From Octopus bimaculoides (taxonomy: Eukaryota), in assembly GCF_001194135.2 (NCBI RefSeq), contig NC_068985.1, positions 84,337,363-84,401,362 on the forward strand: a DNA stretch of 64,000 nucleotides, read 5' to 3'. The notes below the pieces were generated by a model. That model had not been told where the DNA came from and searched no databases. It saw nothing but the letters and a program-made list of their open reading frames with translations. Positions 50,261-61,521 of the stretch are shown one piece after another. Each line of letters starts with the position of its first letter. Position 1 is the first letter of the stretch. A program made the position numbers and the translations under genes.

Positions 50261-51381
50261 AAATTGTGGTAGTGGTGCTTGCTGGGAGAAGGTAGTACTG
50301 ATATTTTTGAGAACAAAGGAAGTTGTTATGGTAGAGTTGGTAGAAGAGGTAGTTGTGGGAAAAGTTGTGGAGACAGAGGTAGTTGCTATGGAGATAGGGT
50401 GAGTCATGGGGAGGGTTACAGTGAAGGCTGACGTAGATGCAATTGTTGTGGAAGATATAGAATTCGTAGTTGTAGGAAGGGTTGTGGAGATTGACAAAAT
50501 ATAGTTGTGTAATAGCGGAAGGGATAGTATTGTGGGAAAGGTAACTGTGGAGACAGTAATGGTGGTGGTGGTGGTGGTGGGAGTAGTAGTAGCCATGGTG
50601 GTGGTGGTGAGAGAAGGAGTAGTAACAGAAGTAGCAGAAATAATATTGGTAGTTATGGAAACGGTTGTAAAATCAGAAGTAGTTGTAGTATTGTTGGTAG
50701 AGGTAGTTTTGGTTGTTATTGTCGTTGCTGTTTAGCACCAGTTCAGCTCTGAGTAAGAAGACCAGACCCATGATCAAAAACATTCCAGCCATGACCTCCT
50801 CATCTGTCTTCTTGAGACTACACAGTGTTCTTCCTTTTCCTTTCTCTGATAACAAACAGGACCACCAGCATCAAGCAAAGCAATGTGCCAGGGGACCTTA
50901 CATGTACAACGCCAGCACACACAGATTAGCATCAGGCTCCCTAGATCCCTGTGGCCCCTGGGCAACTTACTCGCGTGCCTATGCTTTAAGATGGCACCGG
51001 TGGGCGGATGTGATTTAAAGGAGAATTAGCTGCATGTTGACAAGCCATGCAGAGGCCCCATTGTTGAGCCACATGGTTGTGGTGTTGATAATGTTCAAAA
51101 TCTAAATGAGAATAATGATGACAACGGTGGTGGTGGTGGCGGCGGAGGCGGCGGCAATGGTGGTGGTGCTGGTGCTGGTGGTGGGGCTGGTGCAGTTGGT
51201 GGTGGTTTTTGTGGTAGTAGTAATACTGGTAAGATTATTGTTGTTTAGCCGAAGTACCTTCATTAATCAGACCCTATCATCAAAATCTTTCCATCTGTGA
51301 CCATCCCATCTATTTTTTTCCTATGCATAGACAAAAACCAACAGCACATTATCCTGTGTCCTTCACTAAGAAAACAACACC

Positions 51382-51434
<53 letters not shown>

Positions 51435-52169
51435 CTATTTGAGGAAGGTTTGACTGCTATTTGCCGCAGGTCAAACAACCAGACAGAGGGTCCCTTGTTG
51501 GCTTGTAATGTTATGGTTTTGGATGGTAGTTGTTGTTGGTATTGGTGTTGGTGGTGGGGTTGTTGTTGTTGTCTTGGTGGTGGTGGTGGTAATGTTATGA
51601 CTGGAGTGGTAGTTGTTGTAGTAGAAGTTATAAAAGTAATAGAGGTGATGGTAGCATTCTTGTCATAGTTCTTGTTGATTGAGGTATAAATGATGATGAC
51701 AATGATGACAATGATGATGATGGTGATGGTGGTGTTGGTGGTGGTGGTATTATCAGTTGTGCTGAAACGGGGGGGGTGCTGATAGTAATGGTGATGTTAT
51801 TATTGTTGACGGTGATGAGGCAGCAGATGAAAGGATAGTAGTGTCAGAGATAGTCATTGAAGTCTGAGGTGGTGGTAGTGGTGGTGGTAGTGGTGGTGGT
51901 GTTGGTGGTGGTCGTTGTCGTCGTTGTTGTTGTCGTCGTCATCGTCATCGTTGTGCTTGTAGTAGTAGTTGTGAGAGTAGTGGAGATAGTGGTGGTTTTG
52001 GTGGTGGTGGTGGTGGCTGAGGATACGGTAGCAAGGTTCTTGGTGGAATTGATGTTAGTGATGTAGTCGTTGTTGGTAGTGTTTGGTAGGAGTATTATCT
52101 CATGCACAGATTTATCAATTACCATATTTCCCTGATGTCTGTATTAACAACAACAACAACAACAACAAC

Positions 52170-52212
<43 letters not shown>

Positions 52213-52354
52213 GTAGTGATAATGATATTAGAAATAATAACACTGAAAATGTTAATGCGCATGATTTCTCAGATTGTTGCAAAAAGGTCACATATTTCTA
52301 AGACGGTGAAGATCAATAATTTAAATGACCCAAGATATGTATACATGCATGCAC

Positions 52355-52387
<33 letters not shown>

Positions 52388-52403
52388 TATATATATATAT
52401 ATT

Positions 52404-52456
<53 letters not shown>

Positions 52457-52609
52457 ATGTATGTATTTGTGTATTGGGCTTCTGTACAGTTTCCGTCTGC
52501 CAAATTCACTCACTCACATGGTATTGGTCAACCTAAGGCTACAGTGGAAAATGCATGCCCATATGAATTTATCTCTCTTCTCTCTCTCTTTCTCTCTCTC
52601 TCCCTCCCT

Positions 52610-52646
<37 letters not shown>

Positions 52647-52884
52647 TGTGTGTGTGTGTGTGTGTATATATATATGTATTTACATACTTCTATGTGTATC
52701 TACATGTCTCTCTATATGTATATATGTAGATTCATGTATGTGAATATGTGTTTGTATATGTACAAACATATACACTCACATACACACACACACGCACACA
52801 TATGTAAGATATATATATAAATAGATAAAATTACATGTGCGTGTGTGTGTATAGCTATGGTCACTTCACAGTGTAAAATTAACA

Positions 52885-53405
52885 GCAGACCTTGAAGCAA
52901 TCCAGCAAAACTTCACAAAGTTCATTTTATTGCAACAGCTCAGCTGCTAGGGAAGGCTGAAGCAGCTAAGATTATACTCCCTGGAGTGAAGGTAGGAGAG
53001 ATATACAGTAATATACATCTGAAAGATCCTGGAAAGGATTGTACCAAATTTTGGTATTGAAAGCTATACAAATTCCAGGATGGGTTGACACTGCACAGTG
53101 CCAAAGATCCCAGCAATGCTTCAGGACCAGTTACTGCAACAGCCTGGGTCCAGCCTTTTAATATCCTCCAAAGAGCCTGAGGTACCTACACAAAGTGGAT
53201 GTTGGTGCTTTCAAATCAAAACTGGATCTCTTCCTGTTGCGAGTCCCAGATGAACCCACCTTGCAGGAGGCACAAATGAAGGCAGTGTCATCAAACTCCC
53301 TTATTTACCAAATGCCACATATCACAAGAGGCGGTCAATAATAACAGTGTAGCCAAGTGGCAGTGCTCCAGCATGGCCACAGCTTCAAGCTGAAACTGAT
53401 AAAAA
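52885..53405 (+). mobile_element. CR1-clade LINE 3' end
   Basis: LEAIQQNFTKFI...QLRLYSLE*R*ERYTVIYI*KILE...KVDVGAFKSKLDLFLLRVPDEP, then a 3' tail gtgctccagcatggccacagcttcaagctgaaac. Confidence 0.8.
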
Positions 53406-53785
53406 TATATGTACCGAGATGCAATTCGAAAAGCCCGCCACTTACATAGATATATAGGGATAAACAATCTGCTATGTACTATACTGGATACACGAGGTGT
53501 TCGTTTGATATGTGGATTTTCTGCTTATTTCTATGTNNNNNNNNNNNNNNNNNNNNNNNNNNNNNNNNNNNNNNNNNNNNNNNNNNNNNNNNNNNNNNNN
53601 NNNNNNNNNNNNNNNNNNNNNNNNNNNNNNNNNNNNNNNNNNNNNNNNNNNNNNNNNNNNNNNNNNNNNNNNNNNNNNNNNNNNNNNNNNNNNNNNNNNN
53701 NNNNNNNNNNNNNNNNNNNNNNNNNNNNNNNNNNNNNNNNNNNNNNNNNNNNNNNNNNNNNNNNNNNNNNNNNNNNNNNNNNNNN

Positions 53786-53821
<36 letters not shown>

Positions 53822-53874
53822 TATTATTTACATTATTTACACTGAACGGATATGTGTCGTCATCTTGTTTGTTG

Positions 53875-53920
53875 TTACCACATTTCAGCTGATTTACTCT
53901 CCAGCCTTCATCAGGTGTCC
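53875..53920 (-). ncRNA. degenerate hammerhead-like core in a SINE-like tail
   Basis: GGACAC-CUGAUGA-AGGCUG(GAGAGUAAAU)CAGCU-GAAA-UGUGGUAAC. Core and stem II present; stem III and cleavage triplet not canonical in this copy. Confidence 0.5.
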
Positions 53921-53994
53921 TGGTAGAATTTTGAACCCAACCCTGGGTTCTCATTCCTAAGGTATTTTTTGCTGATGTTATTATTATTATTATT

Positions 53995-55246
53995 CAGTAG
54001 TTTTATTTTTATAACATGCTTTCACTTCACTACCGAGCGCAGCTCTGTGTGCCTTGGGTATGTGCTGTGGTTTGCTGTGATGCTCTTATGGTTACTGTTT
54101 TGAAAGTGTTTTGCGTAGAATGTGTGCAGTGCCCAGTAGTGCAATTTTCTGTATGTTATATATATTTGTAAGTCCTGGTGTTTTTGTTATGTATTTGTCT
54201 GAATATTNNNNNNNNNNNNNNNNNNNNNNNNNNNNNNNNNNNNNNNNNNNNNNNNNNNNNNNNNNNNNNNNNNNNNNNNNNNNNNNNNNNNNNNNNNNNN
54301 NNNNNNNNNNNNNNNNNNNNNNNNNNNNNNNNNNNNNNNNNNNNNNNNNNNNNNNNNNNNNNNNNNNNNNNNNNNNNNNNNNNNNNNNNNNNNNNNNNNN
54401 NNNNNNNNNNNNNNNNNNNNNNNNNNNNNNNNNNNNNNNNNNNNNNNNNNNNNNNNNNNNNNNNNNNNNNNNNNNNNNNNNNNNNNNNNNNNNNNNNNNN
54501 NNNNNNNNNNNNNNNNNNNNNNNNNNNNNNNNNNNNNNNNNNNNNNNNNNNNNNNNNNNNNNNNNNNNNNNNNNNNNNNNNNNNNNNNNNNNNNNNNNNN
54601 NNNNNNNNNNNNNNNNNNNNNNNNNNNNNNNNNNNNNNNNNNNNNNNNNNNNNNNNNNNNNNNNNNNNNNNNNNNNNNNNNNNNNNNNNNNNNNNNNNNN
54701 NNNNNNNNNNNNNNNNNNNNNNNNNNNNNNNNNNNNNNNNNNNNNNNNNNNNNNNNNNNNNNNNNNNNNNNNNNNNNNNNNNNNNNNNNNNNNNNNNNNN
54801 NNNNNNNNNNNNNNNNNNNNNNNNNNNNNNNNNNNNNNNNNNNNNNNNNNNNNNNNNNNNNNNNNNNNNNNNNNNNNNNNNNNNNNNNNNNNNNNNNNNN
54901 NNNNNNNNNNNNNNNNNNNNNNNNNNCTTCGTATTTGTTAGGTAGTATGATTTCTTGTTTGTATTTGTCAGCTTCCTTAAATACTGAAAACAGTTTTTTG
55001 TTTTGCTCGTGTTTTGTGGCTATTTGTATTAGTTTTCCTTGCTTCTGAAGTAGGTATTTTTGCAGTCCTATGGTGGTTATTTTATTATAGTTTTCCAGCT
55101 GTATAAGACCCCTGCCACCTTCTGTGCATTGTATATATAGCCTTTCTATGTCAGATTTTGGGTGGTGCATCCTAGATCCTGTCATTATTTTTCTTGTTTT
55201 CCTGTCTATTTTAGATAGTTCGTTTAGTGTCCAGTTAAGGATATTG
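53995..55246 (-). mobile_element. 5'-truncated R4/Dong-like non-LTR retrotransposon inserted in (AAT)n
   Basis: NILNWTLNELSKIDRKTRKIMTGSRMHHPKSDIERLYIQCTEGGRGLIQLE...[gap]...NIQKIALLGTAHILRKTLSKQ* (stop 54094-54092); 3' end aaaactactg; (AAT)n at 53978-53994 and 55247-55300. Confidence 0.85.
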
Positions 55247-55254
55247 TATTATTA

Positions 55255-55285
<31 letters not shown>

Positions 55286-55300
55286 TATTATTATTTATTT

Positions 55301-55432
55301 AAGGCACTGCCTGGAATTGAACTCGGAATCTTGGGGTTAACCATTACGCTATGTGCCCATGAGCACAGCGTAATGGTTAAGAACATGGGCTACTAACCCC
55401 AAGTTTCTGAGTTCAATTTCAGGCAGTGCCTT
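55301..55432. mobile_element. head-to-head pair of tRNA-like SINE heads (palindrome)
   Basis: Right arm 55363-55432 (gcacagcgtaatggttaag...ctactaaccccaag...gagttcaatttcaggcagtgcc, resembling tRNA-Thr(AGT) as I recall it); left arm 55301-55356 is its reverse complement with a ~16-nt deletion; 6-nt centre. Confidence 0.85.
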
Positions 55433-55990
55433 GAATAAAAAATAATAATAATAATAATAATAATATTAATAATATCAGCAAAAGTTAAAAATTGCAGCAC
55501 TGGCAATGACCTCACTCGACTCGCTCAAATGTTTTTTCACATGCTACCAGCACAATTGCCAGTAAGGCGACGCTGGTAATGATCACACTCGAATGATGAG
55601 TTTTATATGTATGTGTGTGTATATATAAAAGTGTGTGTGTGTGTGTATATGCAAAACACATATACTTACATATATGTATAACTGTGTGATGTGTGTATGC
55701 ATGTGCGTACAAAGAAAGACATGCAGACAGACAGACAGTTATAAGTAGGTAGTTAAGCAGGTAAGTGGATTGAATGGCTGGCTGGCTTTCTCTCTACTAA
55801 GATTTCATCAAAAGTTAATGAAAAGATAGTTGCCAAGCTGTGTCACAACAGAACAAGAGAAACAAAGAGAAATAGAATTCTAAATCAATTGATTTTTGAA
55901 ATGTAAAAAATCAAATCTGCTCTTGATTTGCCTGTATTTACTCTTGTTTTTGCGGTATCTTTTTCTTTCTTCATTCTCATCAATCTACAG

Positions 55991-56113
55991 ATAATTTTTC
56001 AAACTGGACACCAACCTATCAATATCAGTATCCTCAAGAAGACCTGCAAAGGTCCTAGTATTGTCTGTCCTTCTTTATACAACTTATCAGAAAACGATTT
56101 TCATGCAGTTTGA
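55991..56113 (+). other. candidate exon (strong acceptor; no clear donor, possibly terminal)
   Basis: tctttttctttcttcattctcatcaatctacag acceptor at 55990; open for 22-40 codons in two phases; unique sequence; no homology recognised. Confidence 0.2.
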
Positions 56114-56239
56114 TAGATTAAGAGACAAAGGAAATTCCATGGTGAAAATGATGCAAAGAAAAATTATATTTTAGGCTGTCCTTCATATATGTCTCTTCAT
56201 ATTAAACAGCATTATTATCTCCTTCCTAACATACTTACG

Positions 56240-56637
56240 GCTGTGCAGCATGACTGTGTTGTAAGAAGCTTGTTTCCCTATTACATGATTCCAGGTTCAG
56301 TCCTACAGTACTCTACGTGGCACCTGGGACAAATGTCTTCAACTATAGCCTCAAGCTGACCATAACCTTGTAAGTGGATTTGATGCACAGAAACTGAAAG
56401 AAGTTCATTGTGCACACGTGTGTGTGTCAATGGTTGTCCACCACCATTACTTGACAACTGGCGTTGGTGTGTTTACGTCCCTGTAATTTAATAGTTCAGC
56501 AAAAGAGATTGATGGAATAAGTACCAGGCTTTGAAAAAATAAGTATGGGGTTTGATTCATTCAACTAAAAATTCTTCAAGGCAGTGCCCCAGTAGGGCTG
56601 CTGTCTAATGATTGAAACAAGTAAAAGATAAAAGATA
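56240..56637 (+). mobile_element. SINE family A copy
   Basis: Head, core and tail ending aaacaagtaaaagataaaagata. Confidence 0.85.
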
Positions 56638-56769
56638 TGTGTCTCCTTTCTCACTGACTTCTTCTGGATGTTTCAGAATCTTTTGCAACTAATATCTTTT
56701 TTTTATTTTATTTATAAAACATTATGTAGCAAAATTGAAAAATTTTATTTATTTTTGTTTTATTTTGTA

Positions 56770-57118
56770 TCTTTTATCCTATACTTGTTTCAGTCATTGG
56801 ACTGCAGCCATGCTGGGACAACACCTTGAAGGGTTAGTCAAATTAACCCCAGTACTTATTTCTTTAAATCTGTGACTTATTCTATCAGTCTCTTTTGCCA
56901 GACTCCAGGGATATAACAAAGCAGCAGTTAGTCATTTGCTGAGATGGTGGTGGGGGGAACACACACACTCATGCACACATCAATCAAATCCACTTACAAG
57001 ATTTTGGTTGACCTGAGGCTATATGCAAAGACTCTTCTCCAAGATGCTGTGCAGTGGGACTGAACCCAAGACCACATGGTTGTGAAGCAAACTTCTTAAC
57101 CACACAGCCATGTCTGCC
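56770..57118 (-). mobile_element. SINE family A copy, inverted relative to the 56240 copy
   Basis: acttgtttcagtcattggactgcagccatgctggg ... gggactgaaccc ... ttcttaaccacacagcc is the reverse complement of family A. Confidence 0.8.
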
Positions 57119-57499
57119 CCTATAATTACATTTTATTTTCATTTATTTTTCTTGATATTTTGCATTTTATCAAGTTGTTTGAATATATCCTGGATGAGTT
57201 TCAACTTTAATCTGAAAGAGAATAAATTCCATGAAAATGGTACGAAACAGAAATACATTCACACAAGTAGGCTCAATTTCTTTCATATATTCGTGGGTGG
57301 TTATAATATTTGAGCATTGGAATAAATCCTGTGCATTATTTTGTTCTAGTCACTTATGTTCTGAACTCAGATTCCATCAACGTCAACTTTGCCTTTCATC
57401 TCTCTGAAGTCTATACAATAAATGTTTATATTGAATCTGCTTATGAGCAGATTTGATGTAAACGAAAACTGAAAGAAGCCCATCATCATNNNNNNNNNN

Positions 57500-57695
57500 T
57501 GACTGAGGACTGGCAAGCCAATAGGCTGCACCAGGCTCCAATCTGATCTTGCAAGGTTTCAACAGCTGGATGCCCTTCCTAACGCCAACCACTCTGAGAG
57601 TGTAGTGGGTGCTTTTTACATGCCACCAGCATGGGAACCAGTCAGGGGGCACTGGCATCCACCACGTTCAGATGATGCTTTTTACATGTCACCAC
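57500..57695 (-). mobile_element. RTE 3'-tail copy
   Basis: ggctgcaccaggctccaatctgatc...ggatgcccttcctaacgccaaccactctgagagtgtagtgggtgc. Confidence 0.85.
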
Positions 57696-57994
57696 ATGTC
57701 ACCACAAAGTCTACCACAAAGTCTACCATCTTAACTAAGGAAGTAAGACATTGGATAATGTAGTCTTGCTTGTCTCTAAAATAAAAAGACAGGATAGTCA
57801 CAACTGGAATGGNNNNNNNNNNATTATGATGCTAATAATAATATTTATAATAATAATAATACTAATAATAATAATGATGATCATGATGATGATACTCTAA
57901 AGAAATCAATTTCTTTTTCTATTAGAAACAATGCTACTCTTATCTCTGTGAAATATAGAACTTTTAATAACTGAATTTTTTTTTCTTTTTGCAG

Positions 57995-58095
57995 ACTTTA
58001 TCATGAAATTTAGATTTCAGAATTAATAAAAACATTTGTCTTTAAAATAAAAAGAAAAACATAAGGTGTAAAGAGAATGTGAAATAAAAAAAAAA
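57995..58095 (+). other. candidate terminal exon
   Basis: ttttttttctttttgcag acceptor at 57994, stops within 3-11 codons in all frames, three AATAAA within 100 nt. Confidence 0.2.
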
Positions 58096-58307
58096 GTTAA
58101 AAAATATATAATTCCTGTTATGACTACACATGGACTGATTTTAATTATATCTCCAATTTCCAGATTTTTCTTATGTTCAATAATAATAGTAATAACAAGA
58201 AAAAAAAAACAACAACAGTAATAATAGTAATAATATCATAAACGTTCAATATCCTCCTCCTCCTCATTATCATCATCATCATCATCATCTTCATCATCAA
58301 CATCATT

Positions 58308-58342
<35 letters not shown>

Positions 58343-59624
58343 ACTAATATAACTGTCATTGACTCATTGAAACAATGAGAAAATAGTGTCAGTGGGGTAG
58401 AATTGAAAAACCAAGACAAAAAAGGAAGACAAACCATGGTATTGATTTATATTAGCATTAATCTTAAGAATGATTCCTAACACTGATACAATGCCACAAA
58501 TTTTAGAAAAAAATTACTGCGTGTTAGTATCAATTCCCTAGTAATCCTTAAAAGTTTTAGTTAATAACATTAGTTAGCACATATCTGGTATATGCTCTAA
58601 TGGTGAAGAATCTTTCTAATTATGCTGCTTCTTATTACAATGATGCATTCATAGATGTTAGTATAAGTCTAACCTGATTGGATTTTGATGCAGAACTAGA
58701 AAGAGTTATAACTGGATTCTAATCTAAAGGTGATAAGTTTTGAGGGAGAGAACAACTGATCAAACTGAAACCAAGTCCTCGACAAGTTTTTTAAATTATC
58801 AACCCCATTTGAAGGCTGAATGGCAAGGTCTACCCAGCAAGGTTTGAACTAAGAACATAAAGGTATTCAGACCAATGTTCAACTGATTCCCCAATTCAAT
58901 GATCTTTCAGTAATCCAAATGTTGGTTTCTTCATTATTGAAGGAATTAAAATAAAGAAGAGTAGGTAATGTGTTGGATAGAATGCTTCGTGGTATTTCAG
59001 CCAGATTTCTGTGTTCTAAGTTCAGATCTCATCAAGATCATTGTCCTTTGTTCTTTCAGGTACAGTAATAAAATTAGGTCTCCACAGCAGAGGATTGTTG
59101 AAATTCTTAGTATGTTGAATAAAGTGCTTTGTGATATCATCTGCTATGGGCCATTTATGTTCTGAGATGAAATTCAAGCCTTTATCATCAGTCTCCTAGT
59201 GACAGGAAAAGAGATATTTGATACCCAGATAAAGATGACAGATATTAGCTGTTAAACAAAGTGATGCATTGTTTGAAACAGTGTAACTTTTACATCAGTA
59301 TGACAAGCAAAACCTGCACTGTATGAGGGTTAAAATCTAGGATAAGAGATATTGAAGGGGTCAAAATGATTGGATGAATAAATGTTTAGGAGGTTATTTC
59401 AATGTAAATAGTGTGTTTGTATCTTGTTGCTGTATGTGTGCCTGTACATTTGTGTCTATACTTAAACATTTATCTATAAAGGTAAGAGCTTACCTGTCTG
59501 TGTACCACCTGTGACTTTGTGCCAACCTAATAGATGCAGATATTTTCCTCCTTTCATTCCTACTAGCTCCCTTAACACACACATATAAATTCACATTCAC
59601 ATATACATATAAACATACATACAC

Positions 59625-59775
59625 TGTAAAGCGGTTGGCATTAGAAAGGGTATCCTGACATAGAAACCAAGCCAAATCAGACTGGAATTTGGCGTAGCTC
59701 TCCAGCTCCATTTAAACCATCCAACCCATGCCAGCATGGAAAACGGATGTTAGAAGATGATGATGATGATGATGT
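59625..59775 (+). mobile_element. RTE 3'-tail copy
   Basis: ggttggcattagaaagggtatcc...ccatccaacccatgccagcatggaaaacggatgttagaagatgatgatgat. Confidence 0.85.
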
Positions 59776-60134
59776 ATGTCCACACACACATATAATATTT
59801 TCCTACTAGTGCATGAAAGAGATTATGAAGCAAATGTACACAGAAAAGGTTAGTTAGCTTTAAAAACCGGTACACACATACCGTCATTACAGAAAAAGAA
59901 AATTTCTGCATGACAACCAATGTTGGTTTGTTTCTGTCCCTGTAACTTCACAGTTTGGCAAAAGCGTCTGATAGGGTAAATACCAGATTTGAAAAGAAAA
60001 ATAAGTGCTGGGGTCAATTTGTTCAACTAAGCCCTTCAATGCAGTGCCTCAGCATGGCTGTAGTCTAATGACAGAAACAAATAAAGAATCACACAAGAAT
60101 TTTGTGCTCTTTGATGACCAAAAGTTAGTGAAAA

Positions 60135-60360
60135 TATTGATTTCAAATTTTGGCACGAAACCAGCAAGTTCAAGGAGAAGGGAATAAGTTGATTACATCG
60201 ACCCCACCCCCACCTCAGTGTTCAATTGGTACTTCTTTTATCAACCCTGTAAGGATGAAAGACTAAGTCAACCTCATTAGAATTTGAATTCCAAATGTGA
60301 AGACAGGCAAAATACCACTAAGCATTTTGTCTGGTGTGTTAACAATTCTACCAGCATGCC
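60135..60360 (-). mobile_element. SINE family B copy
   Basis: tttcaaattttggcacgaaaccagcaa ... gaatttgaatt ... cactaagcattttg is the reverse complement of family B. Confidence 0.75.
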
Positions 60361-60746
60361 ATCCTCAGAGTTAGTGGAAACATTGATACACACCTATCTG
60401 CACACACACACATGTCATAGAGCGGGTGGTTTATTTGATTGATTATGTTCAGTATTTTGAAAATCTATATTTATAATATTGAGCACATTGTTGATTATCT
60501 TAAAATGACTTAATAATTTTGGTAACTTGGGATCTGCAGTGTAACAAGGTTATGATGGACTTGAATGGAAAAAAAAACTGAAATATTTGTAAGTAACATT
60601 AAGTATCTGTGAGTAACTTAAAAGTCTGCAGTGCAGCAGCAAATTTACGAAAATAAAATAATTGGGTTTCTTTTAGAGGGTTTTCATAAAAGTAATCAGT
60701 CAGTTTTGGCTGTCATGCTACAATATGTATACATTCTTATACATAT

Positions 60747-60857
<111 letters not shown>

Positions 60858-60998
60858 GAGAGAGAGAAAGAGATGTACTATATATATATATGTGTATGTA
60901 TGTATGTATATATGTGTGTGTATAAATACATATATATCTGTATATACAATATTATAGAGATAATTAGGGTAAATCCAAGCTATTATGTTATATACATG

Positions 60999-61029
<31 letters not shown>

Positions 61030-61061
61030 AAATATATATATATATATATATNNNNNNNNNN

Positions 61062-61096
<35 letters not shown>

Positions 61097-61480
61097 ACCA
61101 GCAGCTAAGCCTGGTTTCACTCAGTCTGTTTGGATGATGTGGCTGTGATCATTTCCAGTTAGGCATAATCTATAACAGCGTTTCTCAACCTTATCATTTC
61201 GGGTCCCCTGTTTTGATTGGAAACTCCAGCTGTATGAACATTTCCTGACTCCCCTACTCTTATCAGAAAACAGCTTCAGGAGTTGTGAAGAATGAATTTG
61301 TACGAAGTCTTTTTCTGAGAGTTATTCTATTGAACCTCTGTCTAATCATTAAAACATTAATTTAATTATTAACATAGAAAGTAATTATACATTAATACCT
61401 ATTTTTGTAAGCAGTTGTATCCATAACAATTTTATTTGCAGAGCAGAAAATGAAAGATATATGAAATAGACGTGTATATG

Positions 61481-61521
<41 letters not shown>

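Larger units (their letters stand above)
38138..52250. repeat. ~14 kb low-complexity trinucleotide-rich domain with embedded minisatellites
   Basis: (CAC/CAT/CTA) blocks 38.1-40.0 kb, (GA)n 40.8-41.7 kb, (GGT/GAT/GTA/GTT) 41.7-45.1, 46.2-47.2 and 48.7-52.1 kb, T-rich 47.2-48.6 kb; frames repeatedly broken. Confidence 0.9.

Noticed and set aside
38138-52125. His-, Thr-, Val- or Asp/Gly-rich ORFs as real proteins
   Set aside because: Open in several frames on both strands because trinucleotide repeats lack stops; frames break often and there are no splice signals or domains.
55363-55432. Functional tRNA genes here and at 9021, 17570-17640, 30345 and 49930
   Set aside because: Stems are disrupted and each is attached to a SINE body or tail; treated as tRNA-derived heads.
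59482-59540. Back-to-back donor sites (plus gtaaga at 59482, minus gtaagc near 59494) and the donor-like site at 55761
   Set aside because: No adequate pyrimidine tract or acceptor upstream; all frames uninformative.
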